Source of the DNA: Lachnospiraceae bacterium
GTDB lineage: Bacteria > Bacillota > Clostridia > Lachnospirales > Lachnospiraceae
Assembly: GCA_015056795.1 (NCBI GenBank)
Contig: SVFO01000016.1
Span: 11,131-75,130 of the forward strand
DNA length: 64,000 nucleotides
Direction: 5' to 3'
The position numbers and the translations under genes are program-made. Of this stretch, positions 63,982 to 64,000 are shown in pieces; position 1 is the stretch's first letter; each line of letters opens with the position of its first letter. A model generated the notes under the pieces. It did not search any database and was not told where the DNA came from. It saw nothing but the letters and a program-made list of their open reading frames with translations.

Positions 63982-64000
63982 ATGGAAGATCGAATGAAGC
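63982..64000 (+). CDS. Start of a further CDS truncated by the window edge (possibly the partner dehydratase subunit)
   Basis: ATG at 63982 (or 63994) right after a GGGGAAGG purine tract. Only about 6 codons are visible, so the product cannot be called. Confidence 0.25.

Noticed and set aside
1-64000. Scan for rRNA, tRNA, tmRNA, RNase P/SRP RNA and riboswitch-like leaders
   Set aside because: I recognised no cloverleaf-type or conserved RNA signatures by eye, and most intergenic spacers are under 150 nt. Absence is not proven without covariance-model searches.

Overview
Clostridia/Firmicutes-like chromosomal window with almost all genes on the + strand. 1-13.1 kb is housekeeping: a trans-sulfuration PLP enzyme (5'-truncated), dapF, an MBL hydrolase, a MATE-like exporter, murE, an L,D-transpeptidase, an HD protein, then the origin-proximal block Orn/Lys/Arg-decarboxylase-like, guanylate-kinase-like, holB. 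The usual Firmicute holB-ricT(yaaT) adjacency is interrupted by about 24.5 kb. This insert holds an S24-like peptidase, an 0.8 kb AT-rich non-coding leader, and a roughly 21 kb ABC-transporter-dependent cell-surface polysaccharide locus. The locus has a priming phosphoglycosyltransferase, about 10 glycosyltransferases, Wzm/Wzt with a C-terminal glycan-binding-type domain, a TylF-type methyltransferase, a pyruvyl transferase, a glucuronyl-C5-epimerase-like protein, UDP-GlcNAc 2-epimerase, an aldolase/decarboxylase/aminotransferase triad and an internally deleted IS630 element. The insert ends with a stand-alone minus-strand dynamin-like GTPase that has its own consensus promoter and a bidirectional terminator. 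Core synteny resumes with ricT (carrying a long RQER-repeat tail), a YabB/TrmN6-like methyltransferase and rsmI. 41-64 kb is a patchwork. It holds three acyltransferase/PAP2-like lipid genes with degenerate catalytic motifs, and a translationally coupled zinc-ribbon membrane protein plus a 1,432-aa orphan membrane protein plus a double flavodoxin. It also holds GH5, GNAT, a CooC-like ATPase, a second L,D-transpeptidase-like protein, a TIR-TM-Sel1-repeat protein (Toll-like-receptor-like topology) and a 2-hydroxyacyl-CoA dehydratase activase. The activase is separated from its dehydratase subunit by a GGDEF cyclase, a possible ACS-central-domain homologue, a His-rich protein/CooT operon and a Ser-rich membrane protein. 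I saw no rRNA, tRNA or CRISPR array. A roughly 98-nt structured repeat occurs twice (10.8 kb and 41.1 kb) with a compensatory stem change. All family calls come from motif recognition by eye; no searches were run.
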